64,000 nucleotides of DNA from positions 26,900,340-26,964,339 of the forward strand of contig OZ316894.1 of the NCBI GenBank assembly GCA_973895155.1, written 5' to 3'. Every line of letters begins with the position of its first letter. The first letter of the stretch is position 1. This DNA comes from Marsupella aquatica. Taxonomy: Eukaryota > Plantae > Marchantiophyta. The notes under the pieces are model-generated. The model ran no database searches. It saw only the letters and a list, made by a program, of their open reading frames with translations, and was not told the origin of the DNA. Shown here in pieces: positions 25,201 through 36,200 of the stretch. Position numbers and translations under genes: made by a program.

Positions 25201-28200
25201 TTCATGCCCACATCCATGTTGTGCAAGTCCCCCGATCATTACGTTCCACGTGACTACATTGTGTTTCTTCATTCTCTCAAAAACAAGTCGGGCGTCATCT
25301 ATACTGCCACTCTTTGCATACATGTGGACCAGTGCAGTGCCCACACGCAAGTCTGACTCCAGTCCTGCTTCGGCAGCATGGCCATGAATCTCCTTCACCC
25401 ACTCCAAAGCCCCCGCACTTGCAGATGCATTCAGGATGCTCAGATAAGTGATTGCATCTGGTTCGAAGCCTTCAAGTCTCATTTGGAGAAACAGTCCATA
25501 TGCTTCATGCCCAAATCCTTGTTGTGCAAGTCCACCGATCATTACAGTCCATGTGACTACATCGCGTTTCTCCATTCTGTCAAAAACCAGTCGGGCGTCA
25601 CCTATCCTGCCACTCTCTGCATACATGTGAACCAGCGCAGAGCCCACACGCAAATCTGACTCCAGTCCCGCTTTCCTAGCGTGGCCATGAACGTCCTTCA
25701 CCCATGCCAAACCCCCATCACATGCGGATGGATTCAGGATGCTCGAATAGGTGATTGCATTTGGTTCGAAGCCATCCCGTCTCATTTGGAGGAATAGTCG
25801 ATATGCTTCCACACCATCACCACGTTCTGCACATGCTCCAATCATAACATTCCATGTAATGACATTTCGATTAGTCAACTTTTCAAAAACTTTCCTTGCC
25901 TCGGTGATGCACCCACATTTAGCGTACATCAGTACGAGAGCAGACCCTACACGCACGTCCGATTCAAAGCCGGCATGTCGAATACCCTGATGAATTTCTT
26001 TTCCCCAATTGAGAGCTAATGGGCTTGAACATGCATTCAGGATGCTCAGATACGTGATCTCATTCGGCTTCACGCCTTCTTGGCACATTAGATTGAAAAT
26101 TTCGAGTGCAGATTCAGCATGATCACTCCTAGCGTATCCCGCAATCATGCTGGTCCAAGTAATAACACTCTTCTTCTGAATTTGATCAAAAACTCTACGT
26201 GCATTCGATAAACCCCCGCATTTGATATACACATTCAAAAGCGTGACTGCCACATATGGATTTTCGTGAATTCCACTCTCGATGATGCAATCATGAATTT
26301 GCTTGGCTCCTGAAAGGTCTTTCTCTTGCAAGCACATTTGTAGAACTTTAACATATGTGTACGAGTCTGTAGCAATGCCTCGCTGTAGACGATCTTTCAA
26401 CATAGCAATTGTTTGACCCGTGGTACCAGGATGCATATGCCTACTGCCAATCCCTTTTGCAGTGACTTGAGACCGATCTCTCGTACAATAACTAACATTA
26501 GATGGAAATCTGCAGTGAGTAGCCAAATTCGCCCTTGCCGTAACCCACGCTGGGGTTGACCATCCATCCACCCAAAGTGCTAGTCTTGTCAACTTCTGAT
26601 TGAACTCAGGTGCTCTGGGCTTCCTCTGTCAGCACCACAACCCACGATCAGATCTGCTACCAGGATAAAATCCAGGAGATTCCACGAGGTGCAATGCATT
26701 TGTAGTTATTTCTTGACGACTATGTTTCCAGTGATATTTCTACAATGAGTGTTCAGAAATGGATAGCAGACCGGTAAGCCTCTCGAGTTCTAGGGTGCAT
26801 TCCTACCTCCGTCCAAAGATGTATTTTCTTGTCTCCCTTGCTCTGCTGTGATCTTTGGTACAGATAACTTGCAAAAGTTAAATGACTCCTTTCCAACTGA
26901 GAGTAACGGCTATCTGTCAAGAATGCAATGATCTTAGAATAGAATATTGAAATAATTGTGAAAGGCTTATCCAGGTATCAACAAGCTCGTTCCTTCTCCC
27001 GTATTTCACTGTACCCACAGAAAGGACAGAGTCAAGAGCCTATCGAATTGGTACTAAAATACTTCAGCCAGAAGTCACATGTTATTCTTGGGTTGTGTAC
27101 AGGACAGACTCTTAGGGCATCTTGACAGGCGTTCATTTGTAAGTTGCCTACACTGTCCTTTCTGCGCTATACACAAACCAGAATCTCAGGTTTCTGAAAA
27201 GAGACTAGTTAGAAATAAAGCCTAGCCATCATCTGTAGAATCCATCGTGATTAGACACAGATGACATGAACGTGAAAGCGCTTCCCTCCCTGTCCTACAA
27301 TTCAGAAATAAAGGCTATCCATCATTCTTGAACTTGGCTCTTATACAATCCGTGAAGAGACACATACGACATGAATGTAACAGCCTCCCCTCCCCTCCCC
27401 TCCCCCCCACCCACCCTGTGCTTCTTAACACGAAAAAGGAATCAAACTTGAAGTCCAACTCAAGTCTTGATCACATAAGCCTCATAGCAGGAAATTCCCG
27501 CAACTATAAATGTCACACCGTGGTGCTGGAACAAGAGTTTCTGTTTAAAAGTAGGTACGCATAACGTTGAAATCGCTCTTCAGTCTCATTACCTGAAGGC
27601 CGTGTACAAGAACAATGGCGGATGCCAATACCAATCAAACCGGAAGATGAAGGATAAACTCTGCAAATCAAACGTCTTTGTTGAGAATGTATTCAAGGTT
27701 GTTTGGTCACATCAAATCCAACAAAATGACATGCATACAAAATTAATCATACCTGGCTGAGGATTGTTGCCTAAAGCGGTCCATATCCAAAAGTTCCATC
27801 GAGTCAGCTCCGTTCCCGTGCCGGGAATACGGAGCTCAACGGTACAGTTTTGAGAAATACGATCTTACCTGTTTGACAAAGGTTCAAATCAGTCTAAGTA
27901 GTGCAATCTTGCAAAGCCCTCAAATTTCAAGTCTCATCTTTCCTTCCCATGGACTAAGGAAAGAATATTCATTACGCGAAGGCTCTGTTGGGGAAACCTT
28001 GCCCGGGCAGAGGAATCTCAGCTCAGCGTAACAGTTGGAGAAAGGCCTAGAAGCATAGCAGTAGCGGTATCTTCTCCAGGATCAATTCCTCCTGCTGGAC
28101 TCTTTTACGAATCATCCCAGCTTTGCCATCAAAACTCGAGAATCAAAACTATCAGTTTTGAGAAGAAAAAGTATGAGAAGAGCTTCCATCCAAACCCCAA

Positions 28201-28852
28201 AGCAACCCACCGTCATACCTGCACATTGCCCTCTGAAAAACTATGGCGCGAGTGCTCTTGTTTATCGCCCTCCAAGAAAGCACTCTTTCCAACTGAAGTG
28301 TCCTGCATACCAAACGAAGAATTGACGACATTTCTTCAAAGAAGAACTTGTGAACAAGTGTTATGCAGACCGTGTAAGTAGCAAATTGGGCAGGCTCGAC
28401 AATTCGTTCAGAACAAACAAGTTGAAGCAAGTGGCAACAAAATTGATCTAGATTGTAACAGGAAATCAGGAGACGGGCAGCAGGAGACGTCATGCAAGAA
28501 ATGAGCAGGACTTGAACCAGGATGGACAGTATCCCGGGCTGAAAAAGAGATTTTGTCCCGCTTCCTTGGGCGTCCAGAGGTGAGAAGTATAGTTGCCCAG
28601 CAATCTAAGGTCGAAACGCAGAAGAACATCCAGTATAGCTAGGGCCTTACTAGGAATTCTCTGCCCAAAGGACATGACGAGAGGCCGTGTAAAAGTGGTA
28701 ACGCGAACCTAACAGGGATCACTGGATTCGTCAGCATGTAGCTACGCACAGCTCGATACCAACTCCCCGAGAAGCAACTATAGCAATTCAGCAATCCGAA
28801 GCCACTACGACAAGTAATTCTTAGCAGATTGTGAATTCTACAAGGATTGTTA
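22293..28852. repeat. Segmental duplication copy A (direct repeat of 33206-38720)
   Basis: Collinear similarity from TTCCACCAGAC...CTCACCCAAGCAAATTCAA through AATTCTTAGCAGATTGTGAA, including non-coding flanks. Confidence 0.85.
23425..26592 (-). CDS. PLS-class DYW PPR protein (organellar C-to-U RNA editing factor), long array, 1055 aa
   Basis: Regular P-L-S triplets, E1/E2, PGRSWIEV box, HSEKLA and CSDCH zinc ligands, and terminal DYW. The first codon is TTG and the frame is open to a putative splice acceptor at 26625. Confidence 0.95.
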   Translation of the reverse strand: MTRLALWVDGWSTPAWVTARANLATHCRFPSNVSYCTRDRSQVTAKGIGSRHMHPGTTGQTIAMLKDRLQRGIATDSYTYVKVLQMCLQEKDLSGAKQIHDCIIESGIHENPYVAVTLLNVYIKCGGLSNARRVFDQIQKKSVITWTSMIAGYARSDHAESALEIFNLMCQEGVKPNEITYLSILNACSSPLALNWGKEIHQGIRHAGFESDVRVGSALVLMYAKCGCITEARKVFEKLTNRNVITWNVMIGACAERGDGVEAYRLFLQMRRDGFEPNAITYSSILNPSACDGGLAWVKDVHGHARKAGLESDLRVGSALVHMYAESGRIGDARLVFDRMEKRDVVTWTVMIGGLAQQGFGHEAYGLFLQMRLEGFEPDAITYLSILNASASAGALEWVKEIHGHAAEAGLESDLRVGTALVHMYAKSGSIDDARLVFERMKKHNVVTWNVMIGGLAQHGCGHEAYRKFLEMRRQGFEPDEITYVTILNASASARALEWVKEVHGHASKAGLESDLRVGNALVRMYAKIGSIDDARLVFDRMEKRDVITWTVMIGGLAQHGSGHEAYRMFLEMSRQGFEPNEITYVTILNASASAGPLEWVKEVHGHARKAGLESDLRVGNALVHMYAKTGSIDDARLVFDRMEKRDVITWTVMIGGLAQHGSGHEAYRMFLEMRRQGFEPNEITYVTILNASASAGALEWVKEVHGHASKAGLESDLRVGSALVHMYAESGSIADARLVFNRMEKRDVVTWNIMIGGLAQHGYGQEALELFRQMNADHVKPTETSFTAVLSACSHGGLVDDGRRIFSAMTQDYGIERTIFQYNLMVDILGRAGHVEEAKQLISEMPIEPDDVTWTALLGACRTYGNVELGELAANELFKLEPGKASTYVLLSNIYAAAGKWEKVSSVRTMMQERGVRKEPGRSWIEVHNKIHEFVVGDTSHPEAKAIYTELNKLSVKLKAEGYIPDTQLVLRDINEEDKELALCSHSEKLAIAYGLMHLPWGEPIRVSKNLRVCSDCHSATKYISKVTGREIIARDANRFHHFKDGMCSCGDYW

Positions 28853-29029
28853 GCTCATTACATTAAAGCCCCACTGTCCATGATAAAACCTGGATCCACC
28901 AGGTTTCACCATTTTTAGAACCATTTTCCTGAAAAATTGTGGAGCAAAGTCTCACCATAGAGGAGAGAATTATGAAAAAGTGGGAAGTTTTGGACACTTC
29001 TCCTTTTATATGGACTGGACAGTGGTGGT

Positions 29030-29100
29030 TTAACTGAAACTGCTGAACCACCATCCAATAATACATTCTTAATTTTGGTTTCTTTTATATTTTGCAGCAT
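29030..29100 (-). pseudogene. Retroviral-type aspartic protease fragment (gypsy-like)
   Basis: KIKNVLLDGGSAV motif only. Confidence 0.4.
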
Positions 29101-30556
29101 AATTCATTTTTGGCGAGCCTCTACTTGGTGGATTAACGACTTCCTCGGTCGTCAATTATATTTTGCAGCATAATTCATATTTGGCGAGCCTCTACGTGTT
29201 GGATTAAGGACTTCCTTAGTAGTCAAGTGTCATTTACTTTTCATCCCAAGTCATCCTGGGCGGGGGTCTCCGAGATTCTGAGATGGATTCTCATCGACTT
29301 TTACCTAGAATCCTAGTCGGCGAGGGTCTCTCACATGCAGCCGCGCTATTTGGCAAGCCTCTCTGTGGTGGATTAGGAGCACTTGGGGCCAACCTAACAC
29401 TTCCTCACTCGGAGTGTCATTTAGTTTTCACCCTAAATTATTCTCAGCGAGGGTCTCCGGGATGGACTCTGGTCATTTGTGGCAACAGTATTTGTACTCA
29501 AGCGAGTGTCTCCGAATTGGTTTTGGTTCTCTTGTTGCCCACGGTCCGTTTTTACCCATGGTTTCCTAGTCGTAGTGTTGTTACCTTTTGACCTTTAGTC
29601 GTACTCGGCGAGCCTCTCTGAGATGAATTTCTTGGGGGTGTCACTTCCACAAAAATGGCACATCATGTGCGACAAAGAATAGGGTCATTTTATTGGTTCA
29701 AAAGGAAGACTTATTTCGTTGTAGCCACGTCGACCGTTTCACACTTAGAAAAAATGTCGTTTTCCTCCCGGAGAAAAAGTTATACTGGCCCTCTTCAAGG
29801 CCATGCCAAAACTCACCCAAAGGTCCAAAAGTACTTCTGAGTAGATACACAGATTCTCTAAACATAGTACTATGTCCTGGTTTGCTAAACAAAACACTAT
29901 AATCAATTTTCTATAATTAGGTAAAGAGGGTTTAACTCTTATGTTTTCCAAAATTCTTATCAACTTTGAGATGCTCCCAAAAAGTAACCAAAGGTAAGCA
30001 AGTTCTCCCACAAGTTTCCAGGGATAGAAGGGATACTAGTAAACTTATATTTTGGCTTAGAGCCTAACTTTTTTCCCATTAGCTATTTTTCCCGGGACCC
30101 GCTATTTGGTAATTTTAAGTTTTCCAAAATACTCAGAACTCCTAGGTTAAGACCCCACTTGATTTCATAACTTTTATGTGTGGTCTAGGGACTACCTAGC
30201 ACCTATAGGGTGAGTCTTAGCAAAAAATATCTCTCAAAAGTATCGGTCATTCCTCCGGCCCGACTTGCCGACTATCGTAACTTCTTTCCACCCTTATCGA
30301 ATAGCTTACTCAACTCGTGATACTTCTTAGAGAAACATGTCTTCTCCCTCAATTTATTTCCCTACTAGCCTTCCCTAGTTACTTAGGTTTCAAACCCTAA
30401 ATACTTTGCTAACACTAAAGCGTCTTTCTTGCTATTCCTTGTTCAAAAAGCAAAAAATGACAAGTTTCTTACATAAACCTATATCAAGCCATTCCACACC
30501 ATGCTAAGTCCTCCCCGGATGGCCATTCCGGGTCTGGACCATAGGGGAGCTCGGTA

Positions 30557-31209
30557 TTGGAGTCAGCAACGCTGGAGCTAAGTGTTAAGGTAGTCGAGTT
30601 TCGCAACTCACACACCCATTGTCTCTGCCATTTTGGGTGTCGGCCAAGGAAGCATCCCATCGTAATGTCGATCGCATTACATGATAATGAAGCTCCTTGG
30701 CTCTTGACAGAGAAGAGGAAACAAGGTCGTCCCAGGAAGCATCCCATCGTCATGTTGATTGCCTTATCTGATAATTGGCTCTTGACAGAGAAGAGGAAAC
30801 GAGGTCATCCTAGGAAGCATCCTATTGCAAGGCTACCACATTGCCTGACGGTGATGGTGAAGCTCCTCGTTTGTTGAGATCTCCAAATGGCAAGGCTGTT
30901 GGTGGTGCAAACAGAATCTCGGAGAAGTTGAAGATGCCCGTAGATGGTGCTGCTAAGTTCCGCGGTCTTGACAACACAACCAGCCACAAGGACTCGCCCA
31001 GTGCCGAGTGTGCAAAATGTGTTGATGTTGACTTTGGGTTTGCTAAGGAGTTGTTGCAAAGTTTGGATAAGGAGATCACGGAGGCCAAGTCAGACTTCCG
31101 GAAGCTTATGAGCCTCCATGTAGTTGTGCAGGCTAGGCTGTGGGAGATGACTGACGACATCCAGAATCTATGGATAAAAATTAATGACCTCCTCTCGGCA
31201 AGAGCTTAA
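30557..31209 (+). pseudogene. Frameshifted ORF with three AT-hook-like repeats and a C-terminal coiled coil, probably TE-borne
   Basis: GCRPRKHP, KRKQGRPRKHP and KRKRGHPRKHP. Continues in another frame (30841-31209) with a heptad-like segment. Confidence 0.45.
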
Positions 31210-31986
31210 TTGGAGGCGTCCACTAGAATGAATGTGCAAAAATGAGCACACATTTGCTTGTAGGAAATAGGGAATAGTGGAACATTGCAACTTAGAAGGT
31301 TAGACACATTTTGTGGTTTTGAGCAGGCAACTTAGTGAAGTCGGCGACCCTCGCCGAGAGCTTTTCCCAACACGGAACAGCCAAGAGTAGCGTCTAACCC
31401 GCCGAGGAATGACAATGTATGAAGTTTCCATAAAATTCTAGTAAAGATCAAGTCGGCAACCTTGTTGACATTCTTTTTTGGTCGCATTAAAGTGTATGGA
31501 AACGACATATAAGGTCCGCAAGAACGAATTTACGATGTTGGCGAGTTTGTCGACATATCCTTGCCAATGTCAGCGACCTCGTCCACATCACATCCCCTCA
31601 CTGTGGACCATTCACTGATATCAGTTATCAGTCACTAATAACTGATGATGTTACCTATCTCAATCTTGGAGGTGGGCCATTTGGATCACCACTCACCTAG
31701 CCAACCAAGCTTGGGTGACTGTTCTAGTAGCCCGTGAGGTAACGTAGACAACATTAGTTTTAGTAGCCTGTAAGGCAACATAGACTGAGTAGATGATAGA
31801 GTATTGGACATTGGGGGCTATTGGAGTTAAGCCATGACAATTTTACAGATACTGTCTTAGGCACTCACACTACACATGCATTCTTATTATTCATTTAGGC
31901 TCCCATGAGTCATTCAACTGTAATTTTGATTTACTGATGTTAATAAAGTTTCATCCCCACCGCGGGATTTCTCCTTTTAAATTCTT

Positions 31987-32356
31987 TCATTTTCAAAATT
32001 TTCCAGCTGGATTTCATAAACTGACTGGTGTACAAATATGCTCCAAATACTGTGTAGATTTATGAAATATAAATTCACCTACATGGCAAGATCTGAGAGG
32101 CCAAGCACTAAGAAAATCACCCCACAACACTTAACAGTTCCTTTGTATTCTCATGGTGGGCAGGTCATTTTCAAAATTTTCCAGCTGGATTTCATAAACT
32201 GACTGGTGTACAAATATGCTCCAAATACTGTGTAAATTTATGAAATATGAAATTCACCTACGTGGCAAGATCTGAGAGGCCAAGCACTAAAAAAATCACC
32301 CCACAACACTTAACAGTTCCTTTGTATTCTCGTTTTGTATTCTCATGGTGGGCAGG
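31987..32356. repeat. 178-bp tandem duplication
   Basis: TCATTTTCAAAATTTTCCAGCTGG... starts at 31987 and 32165, nearly identical. Confidence 0.85.
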
Positions 32357-33205
32357 TCTTTTACATAGCAGGCCTCTGGAAAGACTACATCAATTCCCTT
32401 CGCATTATAGTTCCTTTGTAATTTCATGGCAGACCGGTCGTTTTTGGACACTATTGGTAGAAAGGCTTTCCATGCGCCAGGCCACACAAAAGGCTATATA
32501 AACCTCAGACAGTACAGATTTTTCCAGACTCCCCGGCAGACCGGGACCTTTCCCCTCCAACTCAAAGTCATTAGTACATCATCAACCTCTTGTGCAGACT
32601 TTTCAGCATAGCAAGGAAGAGTGAAGGCCTTCTCTAGAGTCACCACTAAAGATTCCTACATTTCCTTCAGAAGATGAAATCTCTCCTCAGAAAATCAAGC
32701 CACCCTCCTATCAGTGAAGCAATCACCAGCATCAGATTAAGAAGGCTTGCCCGAAAATTATAGAAAGAAATTAAAAACACCAAAATGGGAGTCCCACATC
32801 AAGAGAGGCCAAGTACTTTACTCCAGGTCAAATTCATCCCTGTCGTTTGAAGGTCAGGCGGCACTTCCACCAACAAATGAAAACTCATAATCTGACCCGA
32901 CCTCTTGATTATCTTCCTTCTTCTGGTCGGGGATCGATTTCGAATTTCTCGAGTGCCTCTCCAGAACGCTAATCAAACTTTTTTGGGCACAACTATGCAG
33001 GATATCCCCATCCTCTAGACTGATATAAGCGGACTATATGTTAGCAAAGCACTTGTGGGTGGAAGAATTGGGGTGATGCAACTAAAAAGTTTGCTCGCAC
33101 TAGGAATTTTTTTATTGTTTCCTCACGCACTACAATGACCATAGTGAAGGCAGAATGAGTTGATGTTGGCGAGCCTGAAGGTTGCTAGGTCAGTTCAGTG
33201 GTCTC

Positions 33206-36200
33206 CTTCCACCAGACTTCTTCAACAGCATTCTCACCCAAGCAAATTCAAACCAAAAGGAAGAGAGAGCAGATCAATCTCTCTCAAGTCCTTCTAGAGA
33301 TGAATCTATTTTCTTGAAGTCGGTATCGGCCCAGCAGAAGTAACAGAACATGCTAATCCACTACTCCTTTGCAGAACTATGCTCTCTTCTGCGTTCACGT
33401 GGCACTGTCTATGAGCTTTCGGAATTCAATCATACCACCAACGTAGCTAAGTTTCGACTGCAAATACGGTCCACGTTCCTGCCTTGTCCGATAGTCCTTG
33501 AGGATAGCAGTGTACAGAGCATCATTCCCATTCTCGCGTAATTTGAGAACTTAAACCCGGAGTAGTTAAAAAGCATTTGAGCACGTTTCACGAGCTTATC
33601 TACGCATTTGCGAAGCTCAGACAGTTGAGTTGCAAATGGATATGGTTTTTGGTTTAGGGTTTCAAATTCAGACTGTCAACTCGCTTTGAAGCAGAAGAAC
33701 ACGGCCCCCTTACTAGATTAGAAATGTCTAACCTTCAACCTACATCATTAAGCTGTATAGAATCTGGAATCTGGGAGCGAAAGGCTTCCACTGCAAGTCA
33801 ATGAACTCTGGAACTGATTGCTTAAAGTTCTATCCTGGTGGAGGTTGCCATCGGCAAATTTTATCTTTATGCCCTTCATTTTACCGTCTCCTGGCAGCAA
33901 AGCGAGTTCCCTTCCTGTACCATGTTCACGGAAACCCTTCTTCTACTCTAGTCTAAAGACAAAATTTGCCGAAGATATCAAAAGAACTTTCTATAGATCA
34001 AGCCAAGAGCTTTATTTCACGCATCTATGATTTCAACTTCAAAACTAGACTCGCGAAACATTTCTCTTACATGAAATTTTCTTTCAGCCAGAAGAGGGCT
34101 AGTTACAACCCCAAATGCAGAATCTCAAAATCAATATTACAGGATTGCAGCAACGAAAACCTGATTGTATCTGCGCTGCCAGTGAGTACTGCTTTAGAAT
34201 CACTTTCCAGCCAGCCCAACACAGCTTTCAATCTGGGTTCACCAGTAATCACCACAAGAACACATTCCATCTTTAAAATGGTGGAACCGATTTGCATCCC
34301 TCGCAATAATCTGGCGTCCGGTCACCTTAGAAATATACTTGGTTGCTGAGTGGCAATCCGAACACACCCGAAGGTTCTTACTTACACGAATTGGTTCTCC
34401 CCAAGGTAGGTGCATAAGTCCGTAAACAATAGCCAACTTCTCACTATGAGAGCAAAGAGCTAGCTGTTTATCCTCCTCATTGATATCATGCAACACAAGC
34501 CGGGTATCGGGAATGTAACCTCCAGCCTTAAGTTTTTCACTCAATTTATTCAGCTCAGTATATATCACCTTCGCTTCTGGGTGAGATGTATCCCCCACAA
34601 CAAATTCATGAATCTTGTTATCAACTTCAATCCAGCTACGCCCTGGCTCCTTCCGAACACCTCTCTCTCGCATCATAGTGCGCACAGATGACACCTTCTC
34701 CCACTTCCCAGCTGCAGCATAGATATTGGAGAGCAGCACATATGTAGAGGCCCTACCGGGTTCCAACTTGAAAAGCTCGTTAGCGGCCAGTTCACCCAGC
34801 TCCACGTTACCGTAAGTTCTACAAGCCCCAAGCAAGGCTGTCCAAGTTACATCATCTGGTTCGATCGGCATCTCACTGATCAACTGCTTTGCTTCTTCCA
34901 CGTGTCCCGCCCGCCCAAGAATATCCACCATGAGGGTATAGTGAAAAACAGTACGCTCGATACCATAATCTTGCGTCATAGCAGAAAAGATTCTACGGCC
35001 ATCATCAACAAGGCCTCCATGAGAACAGGCTGACAACACAGCTGTGAATGAAGTCTCGGTGGGCTTCACATGGTCTGCATTCATTTGTCTGAAAAGTTCC
35101 AGGGCTTCCTGCCCATATCCGTGTTGTGCAAGTCCACCGATCATTATGTTCCATGTGACTACATCGCGTTTCTCCATTCTGTTAAAAACAAGTCGGGCGT
35201 CAGCTATACTGCCACTCTCTGCATACATGTGAACCAGTGCATTGCCCACACGCAAATCTGAGTCCAGTCCCGCTTTGCTAGCATGGCCATGAACCTCCTT
35301 CACCCACTCCAAAGCCCCCGCACTTGCAGATGCATTCAGAATACTCGCATAAGTGAATGCATCTGGTTCAAAGCCTTCCCGTCTCATTTGGATAAACAAG
35401 CGATATGCTTCATGCCCACATCCATGTTGTGCAAGTCCTCCTATCATTACATTCCATGTGACTACATCGCGTTTCTCCATTCTGTTAAACACCAGTCGGG
35501 CATCATCTATACTGCCAGTCTTCGCATACATGTGAACGAGTGCAATGCCCACACGCAAATCTGAGTCCAGTCTCGCTTTGCTAGCCTGGGCATGAACGTC
35601 CTTCACCCATTCCAAAGCCCCCTCACTTGCAGATGCATTCAGGATGCTCGCGTAAGTAAATGCATCTGGTTCTAATCCTTCCCGTCTCATTTGGAGAAAC
35701 AGTCGATATGCTTCCAGCCCATGACCACGTTCTGCATATGCTCTAATCATGACATTCCATGTAATGACATTCCGATTGGTCAACTTTTCGAAAACTTTCC
35801 TTGCCTCGGTGATACAGCCACATTTTGCGTACATCAGTACGAGAGCAGTCCCTACGCGCACGTCCGATTCAAAGCCGGCCTGTCGAATATGCTCATGAAT
35901 TTCTTTTCCGCACCTTAGAGCTAATGGGCTGGCACATCCTTTGAGGATGCTCAGATACGTGATCTCATTCGGCTGCACGCCTTCTTGGCGCATTAGATTG
36001 AAAATTTCGAGTGCAGATTCAAAATGTTCACTCGTAGCGTACCCTGCAATCATGTTGGTCCAAGTAATAACACTCTTCTTCTGAATTTCATCAAAAACTC
36101 TACGTGCATCCGATAATCCTCCGCATTTGATATACACATTCAACAGCGTGATTAACACATATGAATTCTTATCACTCCCACTCTCGATGATGCAATCATG

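Noticed and set aside
24256-25356. 366-aa plus-strand ORF
   Set aside because: It is the antisense shadow of the repetitive PPR frame.
28871-29025. 10-bp inverted repeat CCACTGTCCA/TGGACAGTGG as a MITE
   Set aside because: It is short, has no TSD, and no second copy is seen.
31650-31989. Possible solo LTR (TGTTAC...TTCA)
   Set aside because: No matching IR, TSD or PBS could be confirmed.
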